From: Pseudomonadota bacterium
Lineage (GTDB): Bacteria; Pseudomonadota; Alphaproteobacteria; Rhizobiales; Hyphomicrobiaceae
Assembly: GCA_039039985.1 (NCBI GenBank)
Contig: JBCCOV010000012.1
Coordinates: 1-48,594 of the forward strand
Length of the DNA stretch: 48,594 nucleotides
Reading direction: 5' to 3'
This document shows, piece after piece, positions 24,757 through 34,582 of the stretch; within the stretch, counting starts at the first letter, position 1, and every line of letters starts with the position of its first letter. The notes under the pieces are model-generated. The model searched no databases, was not told the origin of the DNA, and saw only the letters and a list, made by a program, of their open reading frames with translations. The translations under genes and the position numbers were made by a program.

Positions 24757-25269
24757 CTAGATCCGCGGACCACCGCGGGCGTCTATGATCGCTGTCGTGA
24801 GAGCGTGGGAGAATTCACGGCGCTCGTGATCGGTCAGAAACGCACCGAACGGCACCGACCGTCCATGAGAGGAGAGCGTGATCGCGTTCCGGCCATCCCT
24901 GCGCTCGGCGAGAATGACACGAACCCAGGCAGGGTTAAACGTGAAGACCTCAGAGCGACCGGAGGGATGCACACGCTGCAGACTGAGTTGATCGCACGAC
25001 AGATCGACGACTTCGTAAATCCGGCCCGAGCGATAATTCAGTCGAAACGCGATATAGATGAGCAGAAAATCGAGACCGAAAAAGAAGAAGATCGGCCATG
25101 CGCCCATCATGAGGAACACGACGCCACAGACAAAGCTGACGCCGCCGATGGCCGCCATCAGGAGAGCAAATCCAGTGCGTGAAAGCGATCTGTGGGGCAC
25201 AAGCGTTGCGCTGAATGTCAGCGGCGAGCGTTCCAGAGGACCGTTTGGTGTTATGTCGTCAGATGCCAT
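24757..25269 (-). CDS. DUF2244-like small integral membrane protein
   Basis: 170 aa with two adjacent TM helices (FALLMAAIGGVSFVCGVVFLMMGAWPIFFFFGLDFLLIYIAF) and a soluble C-terminal domain. The family assignment is from memory and tentative. Confidence 0.5.
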   Translation of the reverse strand: MASDDITPNGPLERSPLTFSATLVPHRSLSRTGFALLMAAIGGVSFVCGVVFLMMGAWPIFFFFGLDFLLIYIAFRLNYRSGRIYEVVDLSCDQLSLQRVHPSGRSEVFTFNPAWVRVILAERRDGRNAITLSSHGRSVPFGAFLTDHERREFSHALTTAIIDARGGPRI

Positions 25270-25306
25270 TGCGTGATGCTAGTGGGAAAGCCAAGAGGAT
25301 GAAAGC

Positions 25307-26062
25307 GTGAGCCAGCGCAGTACGGCGAAGACAAGAGCGACACACTCCAGATCTGTTCGCGCCACGAAGACGGCGACGGCCACAAAATCACCCGCCAAAT
25401 CGAAGCGTCGGCCACGAGCGAAGATTACGCGCGCCGCGGCCGACGAGATCTTCGCGCGACTATCGGCTACTGATCCGAAACCGGAAAGTGAGCTGGAGTA
25501 TCGAAATCCGTTCACGCTTCTGGTTGCTGTCGTGCTGTCTGCTCAGGCAACGGACGCCGGTGTCAACAAGGCAACACGGCCGTTGTTCGCGATTGCGGAC
25601 ACCCCTGAGGCCATGCTGGCTCTCGGTGAGGATACGGTGCGGGATTACATCAAGACGATCGGACTGTACCGCAACAAGGCCAAGAACGTGATCGCCCTCT
25701 GCGAGGGCCTGATTGCCAATCACAACAGTGCGGTGCCTGAGGACCGCGACGCGCTGGAACAGTTGCCCGGTGTCGGCCGAAAGACCGCGAATGTCGTTAT
25801 GAACGTTGCGTTTGGTCACCCGACAATGGCTGTCGATACGCACGTCTTTCGTGTCGCAAATCGCACCGGCCTCGCGCCGGGCACAACGCCGCTAGAGGTC
25901 GAGGAAGGGCTCCTGCGGATTATTCCAGAAGCGTACGCTCTGCACGCGCATCATTGGTTGATCCTGCATGGCCGCTACATCTGCAAGGCACGCAAGCCGA
26001 ACTGCCTAGCATGCGAGATACGCGATCTCTGCACGTTCAAGGAGAAGACCGTAGCGGCCTGA
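25307..26062 (+). CDS. nth: endonuclease III (DNA glycosylase/AP lyase) with a ~45-aa basic Ala/Lys/Thr-rich N-terminal extension
   Basis: It has the HhH-GPD core (LPGVGRKTANVVMNVAFG) and a C-terminal 4Fe-4S Cys cluster (CxxxxxxCxxCxxxxxC: CKARKPNCLACEIRDLC). The N-terminal extension reads MSQRSTAKTRATHSRSVRATKTATATKSPAKSKRRPRAKI. Confidence 0.85.
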   Translation: MSQRSTAKTRATHSRSVRATKTATATKSPAKSKRRPRAKITRAAADEIFARLSATDPKPESELEYRNPFTLLVAVVLSAQATDAGVNKATRPLFAIADTPEAMLALGEDTVRDYIKTIGLYRNKAKNVIALCEGLIANHNSAVPEDRDALEQLPGVGRKTANVVMNVAFGHPTMAVDTHVFRVANRTGLAPGTTPLEVEEGLLRIIPEAYALHAHHWLILHGRYICKARKPNCLACEIRDLCTFKEKTVAA

Positions 26063-26085
26063 ACTCAAACGCGGGCCTTGTTACG

Positions 26086-26886
26086 CTACGGCGCTGAGGC
26101 AGCAATCCCGTCCATGCGGATGGGCAGGCCAGCCGCATGCATGCACTGTTTCGCTTCGCCGATCGTGAACGTGCCAAAGTGGAAAATGGACGCGGCCAGG
26201 ACCGCGCTTGCGTGCCCACCGCGGACACCGTCAACGAGATGGTCCAGCGTTCCGACGCCGCCCGACGCGATGACGGGAACGGAGACCGCATCGGCAACGG
26301 CACGCGTCAACGGGATATCGAACCCGGATTTGGTGCCGTCCCGATCCATCGACGTGAGCAGTATTTCTCCGGCACCCAACGCGACAACCTCCTTTGCAAA
26401 ACCTATCGCTTCGATGCCGGTCGGCTTGCGCCCGCCGTGGGTATAGATTTCCCAGCGCACCCCGCCATTCTGATCATCGTCAACGCGCTTCGCGTCGATC
26501 GCGACCACGATGCACTGTGCTCCGAACTTCTCGGAGGCCTCAGCCACGAAGGCGCGATTGTTGACGGCTGCCGTGTTGATCGAGACCTTGTCCGCGCCCG
26601 CCTCAAGCAGCGTCCGAATATCTGCGGTTGTGCGCACACCGCCGCCAACCGTCAGCGGCATAAAGCAGCGTTCAGCGGTACGTGACACGACATCCAGCAA
26701 CGTCCTGCGATCCTCATGGCTGGCCGTGATATCAAGAAAACACAGCTCATCGGCGCCGGCCGCGTCATAGGCGGCTGCGGCCTCAACCGGATCTCCGGCA
26801 TCGACGAGGTCAACGAAGTTCACGCCTTTGACAACACGGCCATCTTTGACGTCGAGGCACGGAATGATGCGGGTCTTCAGCGACAT
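26086..26886 (-). CDS. hisF: imidazole glycerol phosphate synthase cyclase subunit HisF
   Basis: From ATG 26886 it reads [27 protein letters not shown]...[13 protein letters not shown], the canonical HisF. The track ORF begins 17 codons upstream. Confidence 0.9.
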   Translation of the reverse strand: MSLKTRIIPCLDVKDGRVVKGVNFVDLVDAGDPVEAAAAYDAAGADELCFLDITASHEDRRTLLDVVSRTAERCFMPLTVGGGVRTTADIRTLLEAGADKVSINTAAVNNRAFVAEASEKFGAQCIVVAIDAKRVDDDQNGGVRWEIYTHGGRKPTGIEAIGFAKEVVALGAGEILLTSMDRDGTKSGFDIPLTRAVADAVSVPVIASGGVGTLDHLVDGVRGGHASAVLAASIFHFGTFTIGEAKQCMHAAGLPIRMDGIAASAP

Positions 26887-27118
26887 GTGAGGTATTCCGG
26901 ACTTGATCTTCTGGTTTCTGCTACGGCGACGCAGCATTTCCGCCTAAGGCGAACATACTCTAAAGATGAATGCGAGTTGCAGTACCGGTGACATAACTCC
27001 GTCGTATCCTATTCCAGAGCGCCAGGACATACCGGATGACCAAGTCACGCGCCGCGCACGATTGCGACCTTCGAAACGACAAACCAGTTTTACCAACGAG
27101 TTCCCCAAACGAGTTCAC

Positions 27119-28165
27119 ATGAGTACCAGAAAGTCCGATCAGCTTGTTTTTGTCAGTGACGAGACCGGCCGCAACATCAATGTGCACGTCGAGAACGACA
27201 GCGTCTGGCTGACCCAGGCTCAAATGGGTGAAATCTTCTCCGTTGGCGCAAGCACGATCAGCCAGCATCTCGCCAACATCTACGAAGCCGAGGAGCTGAG
27301 CCCTGAAGATACCATGCGTCGGATTCAGATCTCCCGCGCGGAGGGCGAGCGCACGGTCAAGCGCGCGCTGAACCATTACAACCTAGATGCAATCCTGTCC
27401 GTCGGTTACCGCGTCAGCTCAAAACGCGGCACGCGCTTCCGCAAGTGGGCCACACGTGTCCTTCGAGACCGCATCGAAGAGGACGTGAAGCGCCGCAAAC
27501 TGCTGGAGACCTCGGGCCTGATTGAAATCCAGAACATGCTGGCCCTCGCCAAGGGCGCTGTGGTAACGCATGACGTGGTTCCGGAGCGTGCCCAGGCCGT
27601 TTTTGACGTGATCGAGCGCTATGCACGCTCGTTCACGCTTCTACTCCAATATGACGAAGACCGCTTGCCCGACGAGCCGCAACACGCGTCCACCGACATG
27701 GTCGAGTTACCGCTGTCCGATGCGGAAACCGCAATTGCGCAGCTCAAGGCCACGTTGATGGAAAAGGGCGAAGCTACGGAACTGTTCGGCCAGCCGCGTG
27801 GCGACGGTCTTGCCGCTGTTCTTGGCAACATTGAACAGACATTCGGTGGCGAACCTCTGTACCCCAGCGTCGAAATCCGCGCCGCCAATCTGATTTACTT
27901 CATCATCAAGGACCATCCGTTTACGGATGGCAACAAGCGGATCGGCAGCTTTCTGTTTCTGCACTACCTCGAGCGGAACACGGGCCTCTACGACGAGGAC
28001 GGCGCACCGCGCATCGACGACAACACACTGGTCGCGATTGCGCTGTTGATTGCCGAAAGCGAACCTTCGCAGCGGGATTTGATCATCCGCCTGGTCATGG
28101 GCCTGTTCGACGGCCAGCCCCAGGGCGGTGATGCGGAGTCCAGCGCGGCCGCCAAGTCCGCTTAA
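27119..28165 (+). CDS. RhuM-family protein fused to a Doc-type Fic domain (putative Doc-like kinase toxin)
   Basis: The N-terminus [60 protein letters not shown] matches the RhuM N-terminal domain. The C-terminus carries [19 protein letters not shown], the Doc-specific variant (HxFx[DN][AG]NKR) of the Fic motif. It is antisense to the flanking hisA and hisF. Its stop TAA (28163-65) and the hisA stop form the overlap TTAA. Confidence 0.75.
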   Translation: MSTRKSDQLVFVSDETGRNINVHVENDSVWLTQAQMGEIFSVGASTISQHLANIYEAEELSPEDTMRRIQISRAEGERTVKRALNHYNLDAILSVGYRVSSKRGTRFRKWATRVLRDRIEEDVKRRKLLETSGLIEIQNMLALAKGAVVTHDVVPERAQAVFDVIERYARSFTLLLQYDEDRLPDEPQHASTDMVELPLSDAETAIAQLKATLMEKGEATELFGQPRGDGLAAVLGNIEQTFGGEPLYPSVEIRAANLIYFIIKDHPFTDGNKRIGSFLFLHYLERNTGLYDEDGAPRIDDNTLVAIALLIAESEPSQRDLIIRLVMGLFDGQPQGGDAESSAAAKSA

Positions 28166-28896
28166 CCGGCTGCTGCGCCAAGAACACGCAGCGCCTCTGC
28201 CGGATCAATGCGCCCGTCGTAGAGCGCTCGGCCACTGATTGCACCAGCCAGGATCTGGTTCTCCGGCGCAACCAGAGCTTCGATGTCGGCCATCGACGCC
28301 AGTCCGCCGGACGCAATCACCGGGATTGACACGGCTTCGGCCAGTGCTCGCGTTGCCGGCAGATTGAGCCCGCACAGAATGCCGTCGCGATCAACGTCAG
28401 TGAAAATGATCGCGGCAACCCCCGCATCCGCGAACCGCGTAGCAAGTTCGATCGCCGTCAGCTCGCTGGATTCTGCCCAGCCCTCGACGGCCACCCGGCC
28501 GCCTTTGGCATCAATCCCCACAGCGATTTGCCCGGGAAAGGCACGACAGGCAGCCCGAACAAGGTCCGGATCGCGCACTGCGGCCGTTCCGAGGATAACG
28601 CGATGCACGCCCTTGCCGAGCCACATCTCAACGGTGGCAAGATCGCGAATGCCGCCACCAAGCTGCACGGGAACATCGACGGCCTGCAGAATGGCGTCGA
28701 CCGCAGCCCCGTTCACCGGATGCCCGGCAAATGCACCGTTCAGATCAACAACGTGGATCCACGCAAAACCCTGTGCCTGAAATTGACGTGCTTGTGCTGC
28801 AGGATCGGCATTGAAAACCGTGGCTTGCGCCATGTCTCCCAGCTTCAAGCGAACACATGCACCGTCCTTGAGATCAATTGCAGGAAATAGGATCAC
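28162..28896 (-). CDS. hisA: ProFAR isomerase HisA
   Basis: From GTG 28896 it reads (M)[55 protein letters not shown]..., the canonical HisA N-terminus. The track shows M at a further-upstream GTG (28926). Confidence 0.85.
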   Translation of the reverse strand: MILFPAIDLKDGACVRLKLGDMAQATVFNADPAAQARQFQAQGFAWIHVVDLNGAFAGHPVNGAAVDAILQAVDVPVQLGGGIRDLATVEMWLGKGVHRVILGTAAVRDPDLVRAACRAFPGQIAVGIDAKGGRVAVEGWAESSELTAIELATRFADAGVAAIIFTDVDRDGILCGLNLPATRALAEAVSIPVIASGGLASMADIEALVAPENQILAGAISGRALYDGRIDPAEALRVLGAAAG

Positions 28897-29021
28897 GCCA
28901 TCACCACCGATCTTCCGGCCACACACAGCTTGCCGCCTCGCAGCCTTGAGATTGCTATTTTGTTCTGAGACAACTGCGAACCTCGGATCATCCTGTCAAG
29001 GCACTCGTTGCGCGTTCCATT

Positions 29022-29336
29022 ATGCTTCCTATCGAGATCGACACCGCGGCACAGCCGCTTCGTCAACCTGGCGCACCGCTCAGCGAAGCCGACGCGATTG
29101 ATATTTGGCTCGCGCGCTGGCTGCGCGTGCGCCGCAAGGAACTTATCGCACGATACGGCTGCGATCCGCGCCGCATTTACGAAATCTGGGAAGGCCGCAG
29201 GTTTCCGAACGCGCGTGAGAAAGCGCTCGCCGTCTTCCTTGAACGTCATCCGGCGTTGGCCAGGCAGGTCGATTTCTCCCATCATCGGCGCATTCCCCGT
29301 GGTCCAGACCCTGAGCATCAGCTCGATTTGTTCTGA
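29022..29336 (+). CDS. hypothetical small protein with AlpA-like HTH signature (phage-type regulator?)
   Basis: 104 aa. The segment ELIARYGCDPRRIYEIWEGRRFPN resembles the AlpA/excisionase helix-turn-helix (...STIYRLIKEGKFP...). It lies opposite in orientation to the flanking pnp and hisA, inside a 1.2-kb non-conserved spacer. Confidence 0.4.
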   Translation: MLPIEIDTAAQPLRQPGAPLSEADAIDIWLARWLRVRRKELIARYGCDPRRIYEIWEGRRFPNAREKALAVFLERHPALARQVDFSHHRRIPRGPDPEHQLDLF

Positions 29337-29656
29337 TCTGAGAAACAGCAGGAACAAAAGAGAACTTTTCAGAAACTTTTGCTGGACTCGGCGTCAGCGA
29401 GTCTGTAGGTTCTTCTTACGTTCTCACCCCAGGGTCATTGCCCCACCATCGACCCGAGAACGCCCCCGTCGAAGCCCGCCGTGGATGGCAGCGTTCGTTG
29501 CGTTTTGTCCGTCGCGTCAGAGGTCATGCGTTCGGTTTTGCGTCCAGACCATGTGTTGCGTGCGTGGCGCCAGCGTTCCGCTGGCGGGCTTCCCCCCAAT
29601 TCCCGCAGTGGATCGCGATCGGAACATCGCAACCACGCGCAGCGAGAGAAAAACCG

Positions 29657-30043
29657 ATGACAACCTTTCTGATTTCCTACGACCTCGCTGATCCGTCTCG
29701 CAACAAGCAGACGATCACCAGCCACATCATGGCCATTGGTGAGGCGTGGGCCCGCCCGCTCGATCAAACCTGGTATGTGCGGTGCGCCGGAGAAGCCGCA
29801 AACATCGAAGCTGAGATCACGTCGCATCTCGGCGACGAGGATGGGCTGATTGTACAAGAAGTCGGCGAAGACGTCGTGTTTGCCAACACGGCCCTGCGTT
29901 GGTTTCGTCGCCGCCCGATCGCAACAGCCGACGCAGGCGACACAGCCGATCATGTGCCGGCAGCCGCAGTGAACTCCGCGGAAATTCTGTCTTTCCCAAC
30001 GCAGCGCGCAACTGACGTCGCGCCAGACAACCTGGCGGCCTAG
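29657..30043 (+). CDS. hypothetical small protein with Cas2/VapD-like ferredoxin-fold pattern
   Basis: It reads MTTFLISYDLADPSRNKQTITSHIMAIGEAWARPLDQTWYVRCAGEAANIEAEITSHLGDEDGLIVQEV.... This gives beta1 with a YD (FLISYDL), then a helix, then a beta-hairpin resembling the Cas2 QNSVFEC block (DQTWYVRC), then a helix and a beta strand. GC3 is coding-like. The opposite-strand ORF 29435-30085 is Cys/Arg-rich and was rejected. Confidence 0.4.
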   Translation: MTTFLISYDLADPSRNKQTITSHIMAIGEAWARPLDQTWYVRCAGEAANIEAEITSHLGDEDGLIVQEVGEDVVFANTALRWFRRRPIATADAGDTADHVPAAAVNSAEILSFPTQRATDVAPDNLAA

Positions 30044-30124
30044 CGCATAAACGCTCTCTCGCCGTAACGGACACAGGGCACGCACACAAGATCGTGTGCC
30101 CTGCCAGACAGCCGTGATTAGCTC

Positions 30125-32329
30125 TTAGTCGCTATTGCGCTCGCGGCGACGGCCACCACCCGGAGGACGACGACCGCGACGGCCATCGTTGCCGCCTTCC
30201 ATTGGGTCAGGCTCACCTTCGGCACGCGGGATTTCTTCGCCGGTTTCCTGATTGACGATCTTCATGGACAAGCGAACCTTGCCGCGATCGTCGAAACCAA
30301 GCAGCTTCACGAAGACTTCCTGGCCTTCATTGACAACATCTTTCGGATGGTCAGGGCGGCTGTCGGCCGTCAACTGCGAGACGTGAACAAGCCCGTCCTT
30401 TGATCCGAAGAAGTTCACGAACGCGCCGAAGTCCATCAGCTTGACGACCTTGCCCTTGTAGATCATCCCGACTTCCGGCTCAGACGTGATCTCCTTGATC
30501 CGGCGAATGGCATCATCGATCGATTCACGGTTGGCGGCCGCAACTTTGACCGTCCCATCATCGTCAATGTCGATCTTCGCACCCGACTCTGAGACAATTT
30601 CTCGAATAACGGAACCGCCGCTGCCGATAACCTCACGGATCTTGTCGGTCGGAATGACAATGGTCTCGATACGCGGCGCATGCTCGCCGAGGTCCGTCCG
30701 TGCGACGCCGATCGCCTTGCCCATTTCATCAAGAATGTGAAGCCGGCCCGCCCGCGCCTGTTCCAGCGCGACACGCATGATTTCTTCGGTAATGCCTGTG
30801 ATCTTGATGTCCATTTGCAGCGACGTGACGCCGGCCGCCGTTCCGGCAACCTTGAAGTCCATATCGCCGAGGTGATCTTCGTCACCGAGAATATCGGAGA
30901 GGACAGCGAAATCGTCGCCCTCTTTGATGAGACCCATCGCGATGCCAGCAATCGGCGCCCGCAGCGGAATACCGGCGTCCATCATGGCAAGCGAGGTGCC
31001 GCAAACGGTGGCCATCGAGGATGAACCGTTGGACTCCGTAACTTCCGAGACGACACGAATGACGTACGGGAAGTCGTCCTGGCTTGGCACCAGCGGGTGC
31101 ACCGCACGCCATGCCAACTTGCCGTGACCGATTTCACGGCGGCCTGGCGAACCCATTCGCCCGGTTTCACCGACGGAATACGGTGGGAAGTTATAGTGCA
31201 GCATGAAGCGCTCTTTGCGCGTGCCTTCGAGACTGTCAACGAACAGTTCGTCATCGCCCGTCCCCAACGTCGCGACGACAATGGCCTGGGTCTCGCCGCG
31301 CGTAAACAACGCCGAGCCGTGGGTCCGTGGCAGAAGGCCGACCTCCGCCACGATCGGGCGCACGTCGTCGAGTGCCCGGCCGTCGATCCGCTTGCCGGTC
31401 TTGACGACGTCGGAGCGCATAATGTCCATTTCGACGGCTTTGAAGCTACCACCGAGCAGAACGGCATCTTCAGCGTTGTCTTCGGGAAGCTTGATTTCGG
31501 CGAGCACCTTGTCCTTCGCCGCCGCGACCATGTCGTTGCGCGTCTGCTTATCCGGCGTGGAGAACGCAGCCGTGAGGTCGTCACCGACAAGACCGCGAAC
31601 CTGATCCTTGAACTTGAGTTCAGGCGGCGTGAAATCCCATGGCTCTTTCGCGGCTGTCTCCGCAAGTTTGATGATCGCGTCAATGACGGGCTGGAAATGC
31701 TTGTGGCCGAACATGACGGCCTCCAGCATTTGCATTTCCGGAAGCTCGTGCGCCTCCGACTCGACCATCATCACGGCATCGTTGGTGCCGGCAACAACAA
31801 GGTCCAGTTTGGTCTGGTCCATCTCGTCGATCAGCGGATTGAGCACAAGCTCGCCGTCGATCAAACCGACCCGTGCGGCTGCGATTGGTCCAAGAAACGG
31901 AACGCCGGACAGCGTCAGCGCGGCACTGGCCGCGACCATTGCAACAATGTCGGCATCGTTCTCATTGTCGAAGGACAGCACGGTCGCAATAACCTGCGTC
32001 TCGTGCTTGAAGCCGTCCACGAACAGAGGCCGGATCGGGCGATCAATCAGGCGCGATGTCAGGGTCTCTTTTTCGGTCGGGCGCCCTTCGCGTTTGAAAA
32101 AGCCGCCTGGGATCTTTCCGGCGGCATAGGTCTTCTCTTGATAGTTCACGGTCAGCGGGAAGAAATCGACGCCCGGCCTTGGGGATTTGGCGGCGACTAC
32201 GGTCGCAAGGACGCTGGTTTCGCCATACTGGGCGAAGACCGCGCCATCAGCCTGACGAGCGATGTGGCCCGTCTCGAGCTTGAGCGGACGGCCGCCCCAC
32301 TCGATTTCAACGCGATGGATGTCAAACAT
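30125..32329 (-). CDS. pnp: polyribonucleotide nucleotidyltransferase (PNPase) with Arg/Gly-rich C-terminal tail
   Basis: 734 aa. It has two RNase PH domains, then KH and S1 domains (...[28 protein letters not shown]...). The tail reads [31 protein letters not shown]. Confidence 0.95.
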   Translation of the reverse strand: MFDIHRVEIEWGGRPLKLETGHIARQADGAVFAQYGETSVLATVVAAKSPRPGVDFFPLTVNYQEKTYAAGKIPGGFFKREGRPTEKETLTSRLIDRPIRPLFVDGFKHETQVIATVLSFDNENDADIVAMVAASAALTLSGVPFLGPIAAARVGLIDGELVLNPLIDEMDQTKLDLVVAGTNDAVMMVESEAHELPEMQMLEAVMFGHKHFQPVIDAIIKLAETAAKEPWDFTPPELKFKDQVRGLVGDDLTAAFSTPDKQTRNDMVAAAKDKVLAEIKLPEDNAEDAVLLGGSFKAVEMDIMRSDVVKTGKRIDGRALDDVRPIVAEVGLLPRTHGSALFTRGETQAIVVATLGTGDDELFVDSLEGTRKERFMLHYNFPPYSVGETGRMGSPGRREIGHGKLAWRAVHPLVPSQDDFPYVIRVVSEVTESNGSSSMATVCGTSLAMMDAGIPLRAPIAGIAMGLIKEGDDFAVLSDILGDEDHLGDMDFKVAGTAAGVTSLQMDIKITGITEEIMRVALEQARAGRLHILDEMGKAIGVARTDLGEHAPRIETIVIPTDKIREVIGSGGSVIREIVSESGAKIDIDDDGTVKVAAANRESIDDAIRRIKEITSEPEVGMIYKGKVVKLMDFGAFVNFFGSKDGLVHVSQLTADSRPDHPKDVVNEGQEVFVKLLGFDDRGKVRLSMKIVNQETGEEIPRAEGEPDPMEGGNDGRRGRRPPGGGRRRERNSD

Positions 32330-32590
32330 CTGTCGTCTTTCGTTCTTTCGGTTTTCTCTGGTTTACGCCGCCTCTTTAGCACACCAATGCTGGTGCGCAT
32401 CAGCCTGGTACGTAGGCAAGAGCGGCGAAGCTACGGTCTGTCGACGCCGACCGCGCATGAACCGCAGCGGCCGCGAGGCGCCATCGCTCGCGAGTCTTGG
32501 ACACCGCTCAAGACCCGCACGTCATCTATGACCTAACGTTCGCACCAGAATCAGACGTATGACGATCGGTAAACGTTAGGATTTGGTGCA
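32330..32590 (-). promoter_or_regulatory. rpsO-pnp intergenic leader with extensive secondary structure (candidate RNase III autoregulatory hairpin / rpsO terminator)
   Basis: The 261-bp spacer contains the 9-bp inverted repeat CCTAACGTT...AACGTTAGG just after the rpsO stop. A GCGCACCAGCAUUGGUGUGC hairpin lies ~50 nt upstream of the pnp start. This is analogous to the E. coli pnp leader architecture. Confidence 0.35.
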
Positions 32591-32860
32591 CTAGCGGCGC
32601 AGACCGAGCCGCTCAATCAACGATTGGTAACGAGATTGATCGTTGCGCTTGACGTAGTCGAGCAATTGGCGCCGCTGACTGACAAGCTTCAAAAGCCCGC
32701 GCCGCGAGTGGTTATCCTTCTTGTGCGACTTAAAGTGCTCGGTGAGGTTGACGATCCGCTCGCTGAGGATCGCAACCTGAACCTCTGGCGAGCCCGTGTC
32801 GCCGTCCTTTGTGCCATACGCTTTGATCAGCTCAGCCTTACGTTCCGGTGTAACCGACAT
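32591..32860 (-). CDS. rpsO: 30S ribosomal protein S15
   Basis: From ATG 32860 it reads [74 protein letters not shown]..., 89 aa. The track ORF is extended 32 codons upstream. Confidence 0.9.
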   Translation of the reverse strand: MSVTPERKAELIKAYGTKDGDTGSPEVQVAILSERIVNLTEHFKSHKKDNHSRRGLLKLVSQRRQLLDYVKRNDQSRYQSLIERLGLRR

Positions 32861-33078
32861 CGTGTGGTCCTCTTCGGTATTGGGAGTGAACCTAAGGCCC
32901 AGACAGACGGACTTAGGATCTGGCGGCGCAGCCGGGATGTCGTCCAGCAGCGTCACAATAATGTTCGCTGATGCGAAGCTTCGCCCTATAACGCCGTACG
33001 TTCAAAAAAGCGAGCATATTTTCACGCGCAACCGCGTACGGCCGCTGCAATGCGAGACTCGGCGTCGACGCACCGCAT

Positions 33079-34071
33079 TCACAGGTTGAATACGCGGGTC
33101 GGAATGAACGTGCCGCCGTCGACTTCGCCCAGTGCCACCAACTGCCCCTTTGTTGTTGCATAGGCCTGCCCGTGGCTGATCGGCGCGTCACGTCCTCGCA
33201 AAACAACGGCTTGGCCACGACGAATACGGCCAGCGTCGTTCGATGCGACGACAACTTCGTCCAAACCGTGCAATGCCGCCGCAACGGGCGCAAGGAAACG
33301 GTCACAAGCCGATGGTGTGTCCGCGCGAGTTTGCCCATCCGGGTGGGCTGCAGCGCCAGGATCGGCATGTATTGTTTCGCCGTCGCACGGCACCTGCGCC
33401 GCGTGTTCTGCCTCAAGACGTTCCAGCGTTATCGCATCGTCTTCGGTAAACGGGCCGACCCGCGTGCGACGCAACTGCACAATGTGGCCGAGACAACCGA
33501 GCGTACGGCCAAGATCGCGCGCGATGGCCCGAACATACGTTCCCTTGCCACACCGCGCTTCGAACGCGGTGGTCCGCTCATCCGGCATGTCAATGATCTT
33601 CAGATCATGAACAACGACCGTGCGCGCCGCGAGGGCAACCGGCGCACCATCCCGGGCCAGATCATAAGCGCGCTGGCCATCAACCTTGATGGCAGAGAAT
33701 TTGGGTGGAACTTGCGAGATCTCTCCGACGAAACCGACCATGGCGGCCTCAATTTCAGGCAGCGTCGGCATCAACTCCGAAGTCTCGACAACCTCGCCAT
33801 CGGAATCATCAGTCGCTGTCTCAGCCCCCCAGCGGACGTGAAACCGATAGGCCTTGTCGCCATCAACGGCGAAGTTCATCGTTTTCGTGGCTTCCCCGAA
33901 TGCAATCGGCAGGACGCCGGTTGCGAGCGGATCCAGCGTGCCGGCATGGCCGGCCTTGCGCGCCTGGAACAACCTTTTGACCACGTTGACAGCGTGCGTC
34001 GAGGTCATGCCAAGCGGCTTATCCAGCGTAAGCCACCCGTTTACTGGTCGCCCGGATTTGCGTCGTGGCAT
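33079..34071 (-). CDS. truB: tRNA pseudouridine(55) synthase TruB
   Basis: It has the catalytic motif GHAGTLDPLATGVL and a PUA-like C-terminal domain. 330 aa. Confidence 0.9.
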   Translation of the reverse strand: MPRRKSGRPVNGWLTLDKPLGMTSTHAVNVVKRLFQARKAGHAGTLDPLATGVLPIAFGEATKTMNFAVDGDKAYRFHVRWGAETATDDSDGEVVETSELMPTLPEIEAAMVGFVGEISQVPPKFSAIKVDGQRAYDLARDGAPVALAARTVVVHDLKIIDMPDERTTAFEARCGKGTYVRAIARDLGRTLGCLGHIVQLRRTRVGPFTEDDAITLERLEAEHAAQVPCDGETIHADPGAAAHPDGQTRADTPSACDRFLAPVAAALHGLDEVVVASNDAGRIRRGQAVVLRGRDAPISHGQAYATTKGQLVALGEVDGGTFIPTRVFNL

Positions 34072-34153
34072 GTTTGTCGCTCAGTTTCTGGTCACTTCCA
34101 CTTCCAGACGGCATGCGCGGTTAAAACCCGAACCGTACCGATCCTGCCTGAAT

Positions 34154-34582
34154 TCATCCAGCTTCGGTGTCGCGGCGCACATGTGGGCTGTCAAGCAATC
34201 GCGTAATGCGATCGGCCTCGTCAAACGACTCGTCCATCCGAAATTTCAGGTTCGGTGCATACTTCAGATTGACCGCCCGCGCGACGGCACCGCGGATGAA
34301 CTTGTCGTTGCGCCGTAGCGCCGCGATGACGGCGTCGACATCCTTCCCGCCGAGCGGCATGACAAACACGGTTGCGTTCCGTAGATCCGGCGAAACACGA
34401 ACCTCGGGCACAGTGATGGTGTGCCCTGCAAGAACATCATCATGCACGTCGCCGCGCGCAAGTAGCTCAGAAAGCGCCTGTCGGATCAATTCCCCAACCC
34501 GCAATTGCCGCTGGCTGGGGCCGGCCTCAGCCGATGACTTAGAGGGTCTGGCCACGGGTCTTCTCCTCCGCAAATGCAACAA
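34154..34582 (-). CDS. rbfA: ribosome-binding factor A
   Basis: The core reads [22 protein letters not shown]...[19 protein letters not shown], a KH-like RbfA. The start is uncertain because there is no ATG near the conserved core, and the track start overlaps the upstream ycxB-like gene by 44 nt. Confidence 0.75.
   Translation of the reverse strand: MLHLRRRRPVARPSKSSAEAGPSQRQLRVGELIRQALSELLARGDVHDDVLAGHTITVPEVRVSPDLRNATVFVMPLGGKDVDAVIAALRRNDKFIRGAVARAVNLKYAPNLKFRMDESFDEADRITRLLDSPHVRRDTEAG

Noticed and set aside
29435-30085. 216-aa minus-strand ORF
   Set aside because: Cys/Arg/Gly-rich shadow of the plus-strand Cas2-fold gene, which has coding-like GC3.
31097-32536. 479-aa plus-strand ORF
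   Set aside because: Antisense to pnp. It contains the pnp start region and has shadow-like composition.
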